Virus record (IMG/VR): IMGVR_UViG_3300032271_000867
Coordinates: 1 to 64,000 of that record
Origin: a virus
DNA length: 64,000 nt
Strand: one strand, 5' to 3'
The notes under the pieces are model-generated. The model saw nothing but the letters and a program-made list of their open reading frames with translations, was not told the origin of the DNA and ran no database searches. Positions 1 to 8,509 of the stretch are shown one piece after another. Each line of letters opens with the position of its first letter. The first letter of the stretch is position 1. Both the position numbers and the translations under genes were made by a program.

Positions 1-288
1 TGCCGTTAGAGTTACTCGTTTAGGATAGGTTACAGATTCGACGAGCTCGACAGCGGTTTGCTGGTCAAGGCTGGCCGATTCCAACAAGCCCTCGGCTGTG
101 TGATTCAACCAAAGCTCCCTTTCATTGTCATAGGCAAAAAAGCTCGATTCATCGCAACTCAAAACAAAAATAAAAGGCAGCTTGTCGGCGTGTGTTTCGA
201 GCTTGTAGAGTTGGCCAGCTTGCCGGGCTGTCGTTTGAAAGGCATCGAGCGTAATCTCTATGAGTTCGCCGGGCTTGAAGTAGTTCAT
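1..288 (-). CDS. hypothetical protein, runs off the left window edge (MNYFKPGELIEITLDAF...)
   Basis: Manual translation: open from ATG 288 to position 1. ATGA overlap with the stop of the upstream gene. Absent from the ORF track because it is truncated. Confidence 0.65.
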   Translation of the reverse strand, partial: MNYFKPGELIEITLDAFQTTARQAGQLYKLETHADKLPFIFVLSCDESSFFAYDNERELWLNHTAEGLLESASLDQQTAVELVESVTYPKRVTLTA

Positions 289-680
289 TTTTTGCCCTGC
301 TGGTAACGCTCAAAGGCTTTGGCTGCTTGTTCGGCAGATTCCCTAGTTTCAGCTTCGACAAGACGGCCAGCGTGTTCGTAGGCATCAAGTCCGAGATTCC
401 CAACAAGGCTAAGAGCTTCGCCCAAATGCCAGAGTTCGAGATAACCGAGGCGAAGTTTTGCAAGGTCGGTTAGGGTTGTGCCTAGTTCTTCATCAGTCCA
501 ACCAATGAGGTCGAGAAACAAAGTAAAAGGGTTTTGCCCGAAGTCGTAGTTTGTGCTTAGTCGGTAAAGGTCGTTTATTGCTTCGAAGCGGTCGTTTTCA
601 AGTAGTTGATCCGTTGTCTTTTCGTTCTCAAGCTCACGCCAGCTTTTCGCAGGCTGTGGGTTGTCTGTGTTCTGTGCCAT
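285..680 (-). CDS. hypothetical phage protein
   Basis: Track ORF 285..740, more plausible start MAQNTDNPQ at 680. Acidic/helical, coupled to the next gene. Confidence 0.7.
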   Translation of the reverse strand: MAQNTDNPQPAKSWRELENEKTTDQLLENDRFEAINDLYRLSTNYDFGQNPFTLFLDLIGWTDEELGTTLTDLAKLRLGYLELWHLGEALSLVGNLGLDAYEHAGRLVEAETRESAEQAAKAFERYQQGKK

Positions 681-881
681 TAGTTGCCCCAATGTTCGGC
701 GTTTGAATCGGGCGGTTGCCCGACAAAAAAAACATAACAAAAAACCAAAAAAAAAGCAATAACCAACAAAAAGTGCAACGACACACCGAGCGAAGCGACT
801 TTTTGATTTTGTCGCTAAAGGCTGCTTGACTTGTCGAAGTTGGCCAATCGGCCAGCTAAAAACCGAGTGATTGGATCACCA

Positions 882-1430
882 ATGAACACACAAGAAACCG
901 CACCTGGCAACGCTCCGGCGCTGTTCGACTTGCTCGAGGGCAGCAAAACGCACAGCGAGGTTTACTCCAAAGTATTTAGCAAAATGACAGGCAAGCCAGC
1001 AACCGATTTTCTGCCAAACCCAGGCGATGCGTTTGCGTTGGCGCAGCTCGACTTGGCGTTTGAAAACTTAGAAAAACTCGACGCTTTGCTAATGGAAGTT
1101 GCAGACCTAACTATTTTTGACATTCTGCACATTGACCAGACAGCTATTGCACAAGCGATTTTTGATGAATCAGGCAGAACGCTAGACGAACAAGCTAAAA
1201 ACAAAGAACAAGAGTTCGAGCGTTACGCCTCGATAGCTGAAAAAGCAGAAGCTAAGAAGCTGAAAGTCTTTGAGATTCTAAGTGGAACGCTTTACCAGAC
1301 CGAGGCAACCACAAAAGAGGAAGCTCTAAAGAAGTTTGAAGTCTGGTTCAACAACGAGGCTTGCGAAACTTGCACAGACACCTGTAAGTGCGTTTTTGAA
1401 GTTGAACCGCTAACAACCACGCTCGATTAG
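882..1430 (+). CDS. hypothetical protein with C-terminal Cys cluster (CETCTDTCKC)
   Basis: Long ORF, ATG start at 882 (MNTQET). Confidence 0.7.
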   Translation: MNTQETAPGNAPALFDLLEGSKTHSEVYSKVFSKMTGKPATDFLPNPGDAFALAQLDLAFENLEKLDALLMEVADLTIFDILHIDQTAIAQAIFDESGRTLDEQAKNKEQEFERYASIAEKAEAKKLKVFEILSGTLYQTEATTKEEALKKFEVWFNNEACETCTDTCKCVFEVEPLTTTLD

Positions 1431-1530
1431 CCGAGCAGAGCTGGTGCTGGCTGCACTTTTTGAGCGTTCGATTCGTTCACAGCTCACAATCTCAACCGAG
1501 ATTATCCCTAGAAAAAGGAGCGCAGACACA

Positions 1531-1821
1531 ATGTCTGATGAACAGCAGCAACCAGATAAGCCGTATTTTGACTTTTTCACTTTGGGCGAGGCACAAGCCA
1601 TTCTCAAAGGCTTAGAAATGGTCTATCCGATGCTCTCTATGATGCGACTACACGCTGAAGTAAGTGACAAAGACGAAAAGGATTTTGTTGCCGACCGCTT
1701 GCAAGATGTAATCAACCTAATCAAGCGTATGCAAGAATGGCCGGGCTTGATTGGTTCATTCCCAGGCGATAATGACGATGACGATGACGATGATTCTTGT
1801 GACTGTGGACACGATCACTAA
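1531..1821 (+). CDS. hypothetical acidic protein with poly-Asp and CDCGHDH tail
   Basis: AAGGAG RBS at about 1515 precedes ATG 1531. Confidence 0.7.
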   Translation: MSDEQQQPDKPYFDFFTLGEAQAILKGLEMVYPMLSMMRLHAEVSDKDEKDFVADRLQDVINLIKRMQEWPGLIGSFPGDNDDDDDDDSCDCGHDH

Positions 1822-2357
1822 TGGTCAATGATGCAGACTGGGATTATGCAGAGCTCGGCCGTCTAAACGAGGGCGAGATTGCAGCCCTTTTGCGACAAGA
1901 GCGTGAGGTTGGATTTCGAAACGCAAATACTGTGACAAAAAACATCGTTTTGAAGTTATGTGATGCTGTGGAAAACAATCTAGGCTCAAAAGTAGCAAAC
2001 GAGTGTGTGTCTATGGAAGATTTTGAGTTGGTGCACAACGCCATACGGATTTTGCTCGACCTCAGATCGCCCGATTATCACGAGATGCTAATGGCTTTGA
2101 TTTGGCGCAGAGTTGAAGTTTTTTCGGTTATCCGAGCAACAGAAAGAGTGCGAAGCAAATGTAAAGATTATTTTGTGCTCCGAATCGTTCATAACCCTGC
2201 GAACGAAACACAAAAGCGCTTATCTCAATCCATCAAATGGTCTATTGCGAACGATAACCAAGAGTTTGAAATGTTCGGAAGCCAATCTGATCAAATACCA
2301 CCAGAGGAACGACCTTGTTTGCTCAACGGCAACTACTGTTTTTTTTGCACACCCTAA
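1821..2357 (+). CDS. hypothetical protein
   Basis: 178-aa ORF coupled by TAATG overlap. Confidence 0.65.
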   Translation: MVNDADWDYAELGRLNEGEIAALLRQEREVGFRNANTVTKNIVLKLCDAVENNLGSKVANECVSMEDFELVHNAIRILLDLRSPDYHEMLMALIWRRVEVFSVIRATERVRSKCKDYFVLRIVHNPANETQKRLSQSIKWSIANDNQEFEMFGSQSDQIPPEERPCLLNGNYCFFCTP

Positions 2358-2399
2358 CCAACACTAAAAAACCCAAACAATAAGGAATAAATACCAAAA

Positions 2400-3677
2400 A
2401 TGAAAACCACAACACCCAACTCTTTCACTATCTACACAAGTGATGTTCCCCAAACAACTTTTGAGCGACAAGTTTTTGTTGCCAAGTTTGGTGAGATTAC
2501 AAAAATCGCTTCTCGATTGCTTGATCGCAACAGCAATAAGGCGGTTCGCAAAAGCTGGAACTTTGAATCGGCTGCGACTTTTGTTGCTTCGATCTCTGAA
2601 GCCGAACAACTAAAAACAGAACCAATCCAAAGCACTATGCGGGCTAACTTTGTGCAGAACTTCATAGTAGACAACAACCTAAACGCTGCCGGGCTAAAGG
2701 CTGTCAGAGAACTTATGGAAGCAAAACCTATGCTGATTAGCGTTTCTCTAAAAAAAGTTTTGTCTAGCCTTTTCGAGCAAACAAACCTTGAGTTTGAAAC
2801 CGCTGAAATAGCAACACCTGCGCCGGACTTCGCAAACGCTTGGGCGACGCTTTCGATTCCAAAACCTGAGGCACTAACCAATGGCGTTTACTACCCTCGA
2901 ATCGTTGAGAACAAGACGGAACAAGAATGGTATGAAACAGCGCTGGAGTGCAAAATGGCTGTGGCGATTTTTGGCGAAGCTGGAACAGGTAAAACTTCGA
3001 GTGCCGAGGCCGAAGCTGCAAGGCGTAAAGTGCCTTTTGTAGTTATGGAGTGCAACACAATGATCACAGACGAAAAGACCCAGGGGCGCTATGTTCCAAC
3101 GGGTCGTGGCAACGAACTTGAATGGCGTTACAGCGAGTTTGCAACGGCACTAGGGCAAGAATCGGTTATTTTGCTCAACGAAGCCAGTCGTATGTCACCA
3201 AAGGCAAACGCCTTGTTTATGCGTGTGCTTGCCGAGGGTGAGTTGATTATTGACACGCACAAAAACGAGAAAATCACTAAGCACCCACGCTGTTTGATTA
3301 TTGCCGATGCCAACCAAAACTATCGTGGCACGATGAACCCAGACCAAGCGTTCCTAGACCGCTTGCTAGTCAAGCTGGAGTTTCAGTATGACGAGGCGAT
3401 TGAAGCAAAGTTTATCCCTAGCCCTAGTCTGTTAGAGCTGGCTAAAGAGATGCGCCGAGCTGCTGCAACAAACGGCAAGTTTTCGACACCGGTATCAACT
3501 CGCTTGCTAAAAACTTTTGTGTCTATCGCACAGAAACTTAGTTTTAGAGCGGCTGTCTACAACTTCACAAACAACTTCGATCTTGACGAGCGTTCAAGTC
3601 TAAAAATGATGTTTTCAACCTACGCCGAAGCTATTGCTTCTGAACTAGGTGCTGAAACAGAGGATTTTGAGCTATAA
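2400..3677 (+). CDS. MoxR/CbbQ/CobS-type AAA+ ATPase
   Basis: Walker A GEAGTGKT, Walker B variant ILLNE, ANQNYRGT and AFLDR (sensor/Arg finger), STRLL lid motif. Confidence 0.9.
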   Translation: MKTTTPNSFTIYTSDVPQTTFERQVFVAKFGEITKIASRLLDRNSNKAVRKSWNFESAATFVASISEAEQLKTEPIQSTMRANFVQNFIVDNNLNAAGLKAVRELMEAKPMLISVSLKKVLSSLFEQTNLEFETAEIATPAPDFANAWATLSIPKPEALTNGVYYPRIVENKTEQEWYETALECKMAVAIFGEAGTGKTSSAEAEAARRKVPFVVMECNTMITDEKTQGRYVPTGRGNELEWRYSEFATALGQESVILLNEASRMSPKANALFMRVLAEGELIIDTHKNEKITKHPRCLIIADANQNYRGTMNPDQAFLDRLLVKLEFQYDEAIEAKFIPSPSLLELAKEMRRAAATNGKFSTPVSTRLLKTFVSIAQKLSFRAAVYNFTNNFDLDERSSLKMMFSTYAEAIASELGAETEDFEL

Positions 3678-3678
3678 A

Positions 3679-5607
3679 ATGCAACGGATTTCTTTAGATG
3701 ATTTAGACGCAACCGATTTTTTTGATGCAGATGATTTTGACACATTACCTAGCGGTTGGCGTGGTTGCGTTGGTGGCCCGAATCTTTGGTCAGAACAAGA
3801 GCAGCTTCAGCGTGAGATGTTGTCAAAAATGGTGGCTGATGCTGAACGCTACGCAAGCGTTATTTCAAAGCGTGATGTATCTGCACACCTAATCAACAAT
3901 GGTTCTGTTCCTGCTTTCAGCTCGGCGAGCTCGATTACTTTTGTTGCTGAAAAAATCGGACTTTTGACTGAACCCCACGAAGTCGCTGGAGTAAAAGGAC
4001 TAACGCTGCACGAAGTGGCGCACATTATGTTTACCCCACGATCGCAGACACCTTTTGCTCAATGGGCGATCAACAATGCAAAACTTGCCTATCGAGTAGC
4101 GGAAGATGCTCGTATCGAACACTTGTTTTTGGGTCGTTTTGGTAGTTTTGTTTCGCCCTGGCTTATTGCTAGTTGTTTGCGATTTTTGTTGGCAGATGAA
4201 ACCCACATCGTCGTTGCTTACCCTGTGATCGTTGGTCGCAAATACTTGCCTTTGGAAGTTAGACAAGCGGTCAGAAATGCCTACTTGTTTCCGGCAGATG
4301 CTTCGGCTATTCAGTCGCTAATCAACCGCTATCGAGTGCTTGTTTTTGACTCGCAAGAAGCGGTTGATGAAGCTAAGTTGGTTCTTGCAGAACTACAAGT
4401 GCTGCTTGAAAAGTTGCCGTTGATGCAAGACCCAAACGGCCACGAGCAAAGAAGCGATAGCGAACTTGAAACAAGTATCAGCAGACCATTAGCAGCAGAC
4501 GAGCAAAACAAGGCTAAAGCAACGGCTGATAAACGAGGGTTCAAAGATACAACCGACATAAGCGAACAAACTCAAGTTGATAAAGATACAAAACAAAAAC
4601 TTGAGCAGTATGGTCAAAAAGCAGAGTTATTGCCGCCTAATCAAGAGGGTGATGATCCTGCAAATGGCACAGGCGAGAATGACAGCAACAGCGAGGAATC
4701 AAGCAGCGTTAGTGGTCTTACTAAAAATGGTGATGCTAAAAATACTCTTGATCCTGCTGTAAAAGCGGAGTTTGCCAAGTTGTTTGACAGGATTCTTGAC
4801 GAAAATCGAGCTGAAATCGCAAGCGACATAAAGTCGTGGGCAAAGCAGCAAGAGATTCAAGGCGGTATTGTCAAACCTATTGAGAAACACTATTACAGCG
4901 ATAGCGTTCTTGACAACACTACTCACCTAATGGCTAAAAAGTTTGGGCAGCAACTTCAGGAGCTACGCTTACAACACGAACCGGGTTGGGATAAACGAGT
5001 GTCTAGCGGTCGAATCAACGCTGGCCGTTTATTGCGTGGCGCTGATCTTGATGAAGCCTTTGATCGTTTTGACGAGGGCAGAGATGATGCAACCGAGATC
5101 GAGTGCGTTATCTTGTTAGACAAATCGGGTTCTATGGGTGGCGCAAATGCTGATGCAGCTTATCGTGCTATGTATGCTGTCAAAAAAGGACTGCAAGCGT
5201 TACAAGCAAATACTACTGTTGTTCTGTTTGACCATTACACATACCTGCTTTACGAGGCTAAAGACAAAGTAAACAACAGCGTTCGAGATGCTGGTGCAAG
5301 CGGTGGAACAGATGCCACAGGAGCAGTAAATCACGCTCGCAGTCTACTTGCTTCTAGCAGTAAAGCTGTAAAAATGCTGCTAATGATCACAGACGGCGAA
5401 TGGGGTCAGACACCACGCATTGACTTAGAGATTATGGAGTTGCGAAACTCGGGCGTTCTAACGGCGTTCTGTATGATTGGCGATAGCTTTTCAGACAGCA
5501 CTCACAACGCTGAAATCTCTTTGCAAATAAAATCAGCTAAGGACATACTTGCATTAGCAAAGGGTCTAGTGAAGCTGGCTATCAAACGACAACTAACAAA
5601 ATACTAA
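3679..5607 (+). CDS. CobT-like protein: N-terminal HExxH metallopeptidase-like domain, acidic linker, C-terminal VWA domain
   Basis: LHEVAH...EDARIE, MIDAS DKSGSM, GGT, ITDG. Directly follows the AAA+ gene. Confidence 0.85.
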   Translation: MQRISLDDLDATDFFDADDFDTLPSGWRGCVGGPNLWSEQEQLQREMLSKMVADAERYASVISKRDVSAHLINNGSVPAFSSASSITFVAEKIGLLTEPHEVAGVKGLTLHEVAHIMFTPRSQTPFAQWAINNAKLAYRVAEDARIEHLFLGRFGSFVSPWLIASCLRFLLADETHIVVAYPVIVGRKYLPLEVRQAVRNAYLFPADASAIQSLINRYRVLVFDSQEAVDEAKLVLAELQVLLEKLPLMQDPNGHEQRSDSELETSISRPLAADEQNKAKATADKRGFKDTTDISEQTQVDKDTKQKLEQYGQKAELLPPNQEGDDPANGTGENDSNSEESSSVSGLTKNGDAKNTLDPAVKAEFAKLFDRILDENRAEIASDIKSWAKQQEIQGGIVKPIEKHYYSDSVLDNTTHLMAKKFGQQLQELRLQHEPGWDKRVSSGRINAGRLLRGADLDEAFDRFDEGRDDATEIECVILLDKSGSMGGANADAAYRAMYAVKKGLQALQANTTVVLFDHYTYLLYEAKDKVNNSVRDAGASGGTDATGAVNHARSLLASSSKAVKMLLMITDGEWGQTPRIDLEIMELRNSGVLTAFCMIGDSFSDSTHNAEISLQIKSAKDILALAKGLVKLAIKRQLTKY

Positions 5608-5613
5608 AAACCT

Positions 5614-5650
5614 AAAGTGCCTAGTGTCGTAATGGCACTAGGCACTTTTT
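5614..5650 (+). terminator. intrinsic terminator
   Basis: AAAGTGCCTAGTG...CACTAGGCACTTT stem followed by a T run. Confidence 0.85.
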
Positions 5651-5672
5651 TATCAAAAGGAGAAAATAAAAA

Positions 5673-6374
5673 ATGCTAAATCAAGCGTTTCTAAAAGAAC
5701 TAAGTGCATTAGAAAAAACTAACAAAACCGCTGTTTGGGCAGTAGTTAGGTCAGACCAAGCGTGGCGGGTAAACTCAAATGACGCAAAACACAAACAAGT
5801 AAAAGAGCAGCTATGCGAGTTGGCGGTGCTAGTGGACACAATAAAGCGTGATCCTGCTTATCACGCAATCAGAGACTGGAGCAGCAACCCTGATCCTGCA
5901 CACGCCGCTGGTAACGCAAAGTCTTTTGGCTATCTATTCAAGAAAAAAATAAATGGTGTAGATTGCTACCGAGTAGTGCCGGTGCGTGACATTGTGGGTC
6001 AGGAAAGCGATCTTGTTGCTTGGTGGGCAGATACAGCGCTAAGAGATACTTTGGAATCAAGACGCAAAATGAAAATCGAAGTTGCCAGGGTTGATGCCCA
6101 AGCTGAAGTTGAAAACATAAAGAAAAAGATTGAGGCAAACATCAGAGAAATGACCGACAATCTAGTAGACGGATTGGGTGAAAAGTTGATTATCAAACCA
6201 GATGTTAGTATGACTTTTGAAAGCAAAGACACCGCTGATAAAAAAGATGTTGAAATCCAGGTTATCTTTAGTGATCCGAAATGTGACATTACATTGAGCT
6301 ACGAGCAATACCAGCAAATGCTTGAAGTTTTGATGAGATACAAAGACCTAACAGAGCTTGGGTTAGTGGCCTAG
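5673..6374 (+). CDS. hypothetical protein with coiled-coil segment
   Basis: AAGGAG RBS, 233-aa ORF. Confidence 0.75.
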   Translation: MLNQAFLKELSALEKTNKTAVWAVVRSDQAWRVNSNDAKHKQVKEQLCELAVLVDTIKRDPAYHAIRDWSSNPDPAHAAGNAKSFGYLFKKKINGVDCYRVVPVRDIVGQESDLVAWWADTALRDTLESRRKMKIEVARVDAQAEVENIKKKIEANIREMTDNLVDGLGEKLIIKPDVSMTFESKDTADKKDVEIQVIFSDPKCDITLSYEQYQQMLEVLMRYKDLTELGLVA

Positions 6375-6400
6375 AGAGGCCGTAGAAGCCCGATAAGAAG

Positions 6401-6432
6401 CCCTTAGCAGCAAGTCTGCTAAGGGTTTTTTA
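6401..6432 (+). terminator. intrinsic terminator
   Basis: CCCTTAGCAG-caagt-CTGCTAAGGG followed by a T run. Confidence 0.85.
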
Positions 6433-6516
6433 TTGCCTGAAATCGGCGCACAGGAAGCTGATTACAGCGACATACCACAAGAATAAAAAAATCTTTGTAA
6501 AGACACGCCAAGATGC

Positions 6517-6546
6517 TTGACAAATACTTACCGAGGTAAGTATTCT
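6517..6546 (+). promoter_or_regulatory. sigmaA-type promoter with overlapping 10-2-10 palindrome, probably leaderless
   Basis: TTGACA (6517) - 18 nt - TATTCT (6541). Palindrome AATACTTACC-GA-GGTAAGTATT at 6523-6544. ATG at 6553 with no RBS. Confidence 0.7.
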
Positions 6547-6552
6547 ATTCGT

Positions 6553-7044
6553 ATGCAAACATTCCTCACGATCGCAAGCACAGACTATGCAGCAACGGCC
6601 AGGACACTAGACAACAAACGCTTGAATAAGCAAGCTCTGGAAGCGTGGCAAATCCTAATGAACCTAACCAAGCTAGACCCGGCTGGTGATTACCGAGAAC
6701 CTAGAGGCTGGAGCAATCACCCGGCCGTCAAGATGTGGAGAGGTAGCGAGGGTAAGTTACTTGAATACATTTTGGCTATGGTCAAAGAGTGGCAAGATCG
6801 TGGCTATAACAGCACCATAGGAGATAAGGCCATAGCAACCTACGAGAGAGCTGTTCAGCTAGGGCTAGTGGGGCAAGAAGCTGACGAGCTGCCAAAATGG
6901 CAAAGCAACCAAGACAAGTTTGAAGCTATTACAAAGACACACCGACAAGCACTTTTAGTCAAAGACTATGAGTGGTATTCGCAGTTTGTTTGGGAAGAAG
7001 ATCTCGGATACAAGCAAGATTCTTATGAGTATGTTTGGGCATAA
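6553..7044 (+). CDS. pyrimidine-dimer DNA glycosylase-like protein (MSMEG_6728 / endonuclease V family)
   Basis: MQTFL...LDNKRLNKQALEAWQIL...GWSNHPAVKMWRG...HRQALL signature. Confidence 0.85.
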   Translation: MQTFLTIASTDYAATARTLDNKRLNKQALEAWQILMNLTKLDPAGDYREPRGWSNHPAVKMWRGSEGKLLEYILAMVKEWQDRGYNSTIGDKAIATYERAVQLGLVGQEADELPKWQSNQDKFEAITKTHRQALLVKDYEWYSQFVWEEDLGYKQDSYEYVWA

Positions 7045-7050
7045 AAGCAA

Positions 7051-7523
7051 AGCACTACCAAAAGACAACCAAAAATGTCACAGCAGTATGACAAGATAAA
7101 CCAATAGAAAGGAAGCACAAAATGCTAACAGTAGAAGAATACATAAAACAACTAGAAGCCCTACCAAAAGACGAGGTGATTCTTGTTCCAATGATTTGGA
7201 CAAAAGCCATAGCAGAAGAAGAACTACTAAATGCAACAGAACTAGAAGTTGTTCTTACAAATGAACAATGGGAAAAAGCAGTAGAGATCTATGAAGCAAA
7301 TTACTATGCTGATTACGAGTTTATGGTTGAAGCTGTTCAGCAAGTCATTGGTGCAAAATACAACAGTGAAACATACGAGTGGAAAATAGGAGAATAAAAA
7401 TGATCGAACTAACATTTGATAGCTGGGAAGATTTTGACAAAGCAATACCAAAAGTGGTTGCTTTAGCAGAAGCCTTATCAGAAGCCCTACCAAAAGACAA
7501 AGAAATAGAAGCCCTACCAAAAG
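7051..7523 (+). repeat. dispersed direct repeat AGAAGCCCTACCAAAAG(AC)
   Basis: Copies at 7154, 7480 and 7507, plus a 1-mismatch partial copy at 7051. Confidence 0.8.
7122..7397 (+). CDS. hypothetical acidic protein
   Basis: AAAGGA RBS, 91-aa ORF. Confidence 0.75.
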   Translation: MLTVEEYIKQLEALPKDEVILVPMIWTKAIAEEELLNATELEVVLTNEQWEKAVEIYEANYYADYEFMVEAVQQVIGAKYNSETYEWKIGE

Positions 7524-7540
7524 GATCACTAGATAACTAA
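7400..7540 (+). CDS. 46-aa hypothetical protein (MIELTFDSWEDFDKAIPKVVALAEALSEALPKDKEIEALPKGSLDN)
   Basis: AGGAG RBS, manual translation, below the track cutoff. Confidence 0.65.
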   Translation: MIELTFDSWEDFDKAIPKVVALAEALSEALPKDKEIEALPKGSLDN

Positions 7541-7695
7541 TGAACACAGAACTAAACAAAGATCAGATTGCTGAACTAGTAGCAGTAGGTATCAAGCACG
7601 AACGAGAGCGTATCATCAAGTTGATTCAAGAGTGGATCAACAATGACGATGCAGACTTCCAAGAAATGTTTGCTCAAGTAAAGAAAGGAGCATAA
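7540..7695 (+). CDS. 51-aa ERERII-motif protein
   Basis: TAATG coupling; MNTELNKDQIAELVAVGIKHERERIIKLIQEW... Confidence 0.7.
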   Translation: MNTELNKDQIAELVAVGIKHERERIIKLIQEWINNDDADFQEMFAQVKKGA

Positions 7696-7699
7696 TCAA

Positions 7700-7873
7700 A
7701 TGGCTGAAATTGAATGCCCTGAGTGCGGAGAAATCTGCACTCAGGAAGAACTAGATCAGTGGGAAATGTGCCACGACTGCGACAACTCTCAATGTGAAGA
7801 GTGTGGCTTGTTCGAGGGTCACGAAAAGTATTGTGCTGTCGGTCTTTGGGAATACTTAGACAATGCAGAATAA
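7700..7873 (+). CDS. 57-aa Cys-rich zinc-finger-like protein
   Basis: AAGGAG RBS; CPEC, CHDC, CEEC...H...C. Confidence 0.7.
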   Translation: MAEIECPECGEICTQEELDQWEMCHDCDNSQCEECGLFEGHEKYCAVGLWEYLDNAE

Positions 7874-7886
7874 AGGAGACTAACTA

Positions 7887-7958
7887 ATGGATTTATTTTT
7901 AGGAGTATGCCTAATAGTTTTATTTGCTATTTGGTTTATTATAAAAGGAATTAAATAA
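7887..7958 (+). CDS. 23-aa single-TM micropeptide (MDLFLGVCLIVLFAIWFIIKGIK)
   Basis: AAGGAG RBS, fills the gap exactly up to the next ATG. Confidence 0.55.
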   Translation: MDLFLGVCLIVLFAIWFIIKGIK

Positions 7959-8147
7959 ATGAATAAAAATATGGAAGAATACAACAAAGGTGTATTAGAT
8001 GGAACTCTTGCAGAAAGAGAACGCATTATCAAATACCTTATGGACAAAAATGTTTTGCGTGAAGCTTACTTTTACGAAGGCCTAGTTGCTATGGATATTG
8101 ACGGTAACACCGGCATTGATCTTGATAAAAAGTTAGGTGGGGAATAA
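7959..8147 (+). CDS. 62-aa ERERII-motif protein
   Basis: YNKGVLDGTLAERERIIKYL. Confidence 0.7.
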   Translation: MNKNMEEYNKGVLDGTLAERERIIKYLMDKNVLREAYFYEGLVAMDIDGNTGIDLDKKLGGE

Positions 8148-8285
8148 ATGTACACCAAATTTTGGCAAGTAAAAAAACAAGATGAAGTTGTAAATATTTC
8201 TTTTGTTACTAAAAAATCAGCACTTTTATGGATTGCTGACCAATCAAATCCTGAAGAATACGAAATAATGAAAGTGAGTATGTAA
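8148..8285 (+). CDS. 45-aa hypothetical protein (MYTKFWQVKKQ...)
   Basis: Manual translation, abuts both neighbours. Confidence 0.6.
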   Translation: MYTKFWQVKKQDEVVNISFVTKKSALLWIADQSNPEEYEIMKVSM

Positions 8286-8509
8286 TGTCTATATACGAAG
8301 ATGGTGGCTCAATAAAAGGATCTGGTGTTGATGCTTTTGAGTTTGAGTATGGTAACTTTACTTGTAAAAATGAAGAATGTTTGCTAGATAACTATGATGC
8401 TGTTGCTTATGGCAATGATTGGGGTTACTGGGAAGTAACCTGTGAAGAGTGCGACGTGCTTCACGACAGTGGAACTCGTAATACGCCGGAAGAGGAGGAG
8501 TGGTGGTAA
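8285..8509 (+). CDS. acidic zinc-ribbon protein
   Basis: CKNEEC...CEEC, coupled start and stop. Confidence 0.7.
   Translation: MSIYEDGGSIKGSGVDAFEFEYGNFTCKNEECLLDNYDAVAYGNDWGYWEVTCEECDVLHDSGTRNTPEEEEWW

Noticed and set aside
2400-5607. Cobalamin biosynthesis (cobS/cobT) auxiliary pathway
   Set aside because: No cobN or other cob genes; the HExxH-VWA architecture fits generic phage MoxR/VWA pairs.
7051-7523. CRISPR or mini-array
   Set aside because: Repeats are only 16-19 nt, irregularly spaced and mostly inside ORFs.
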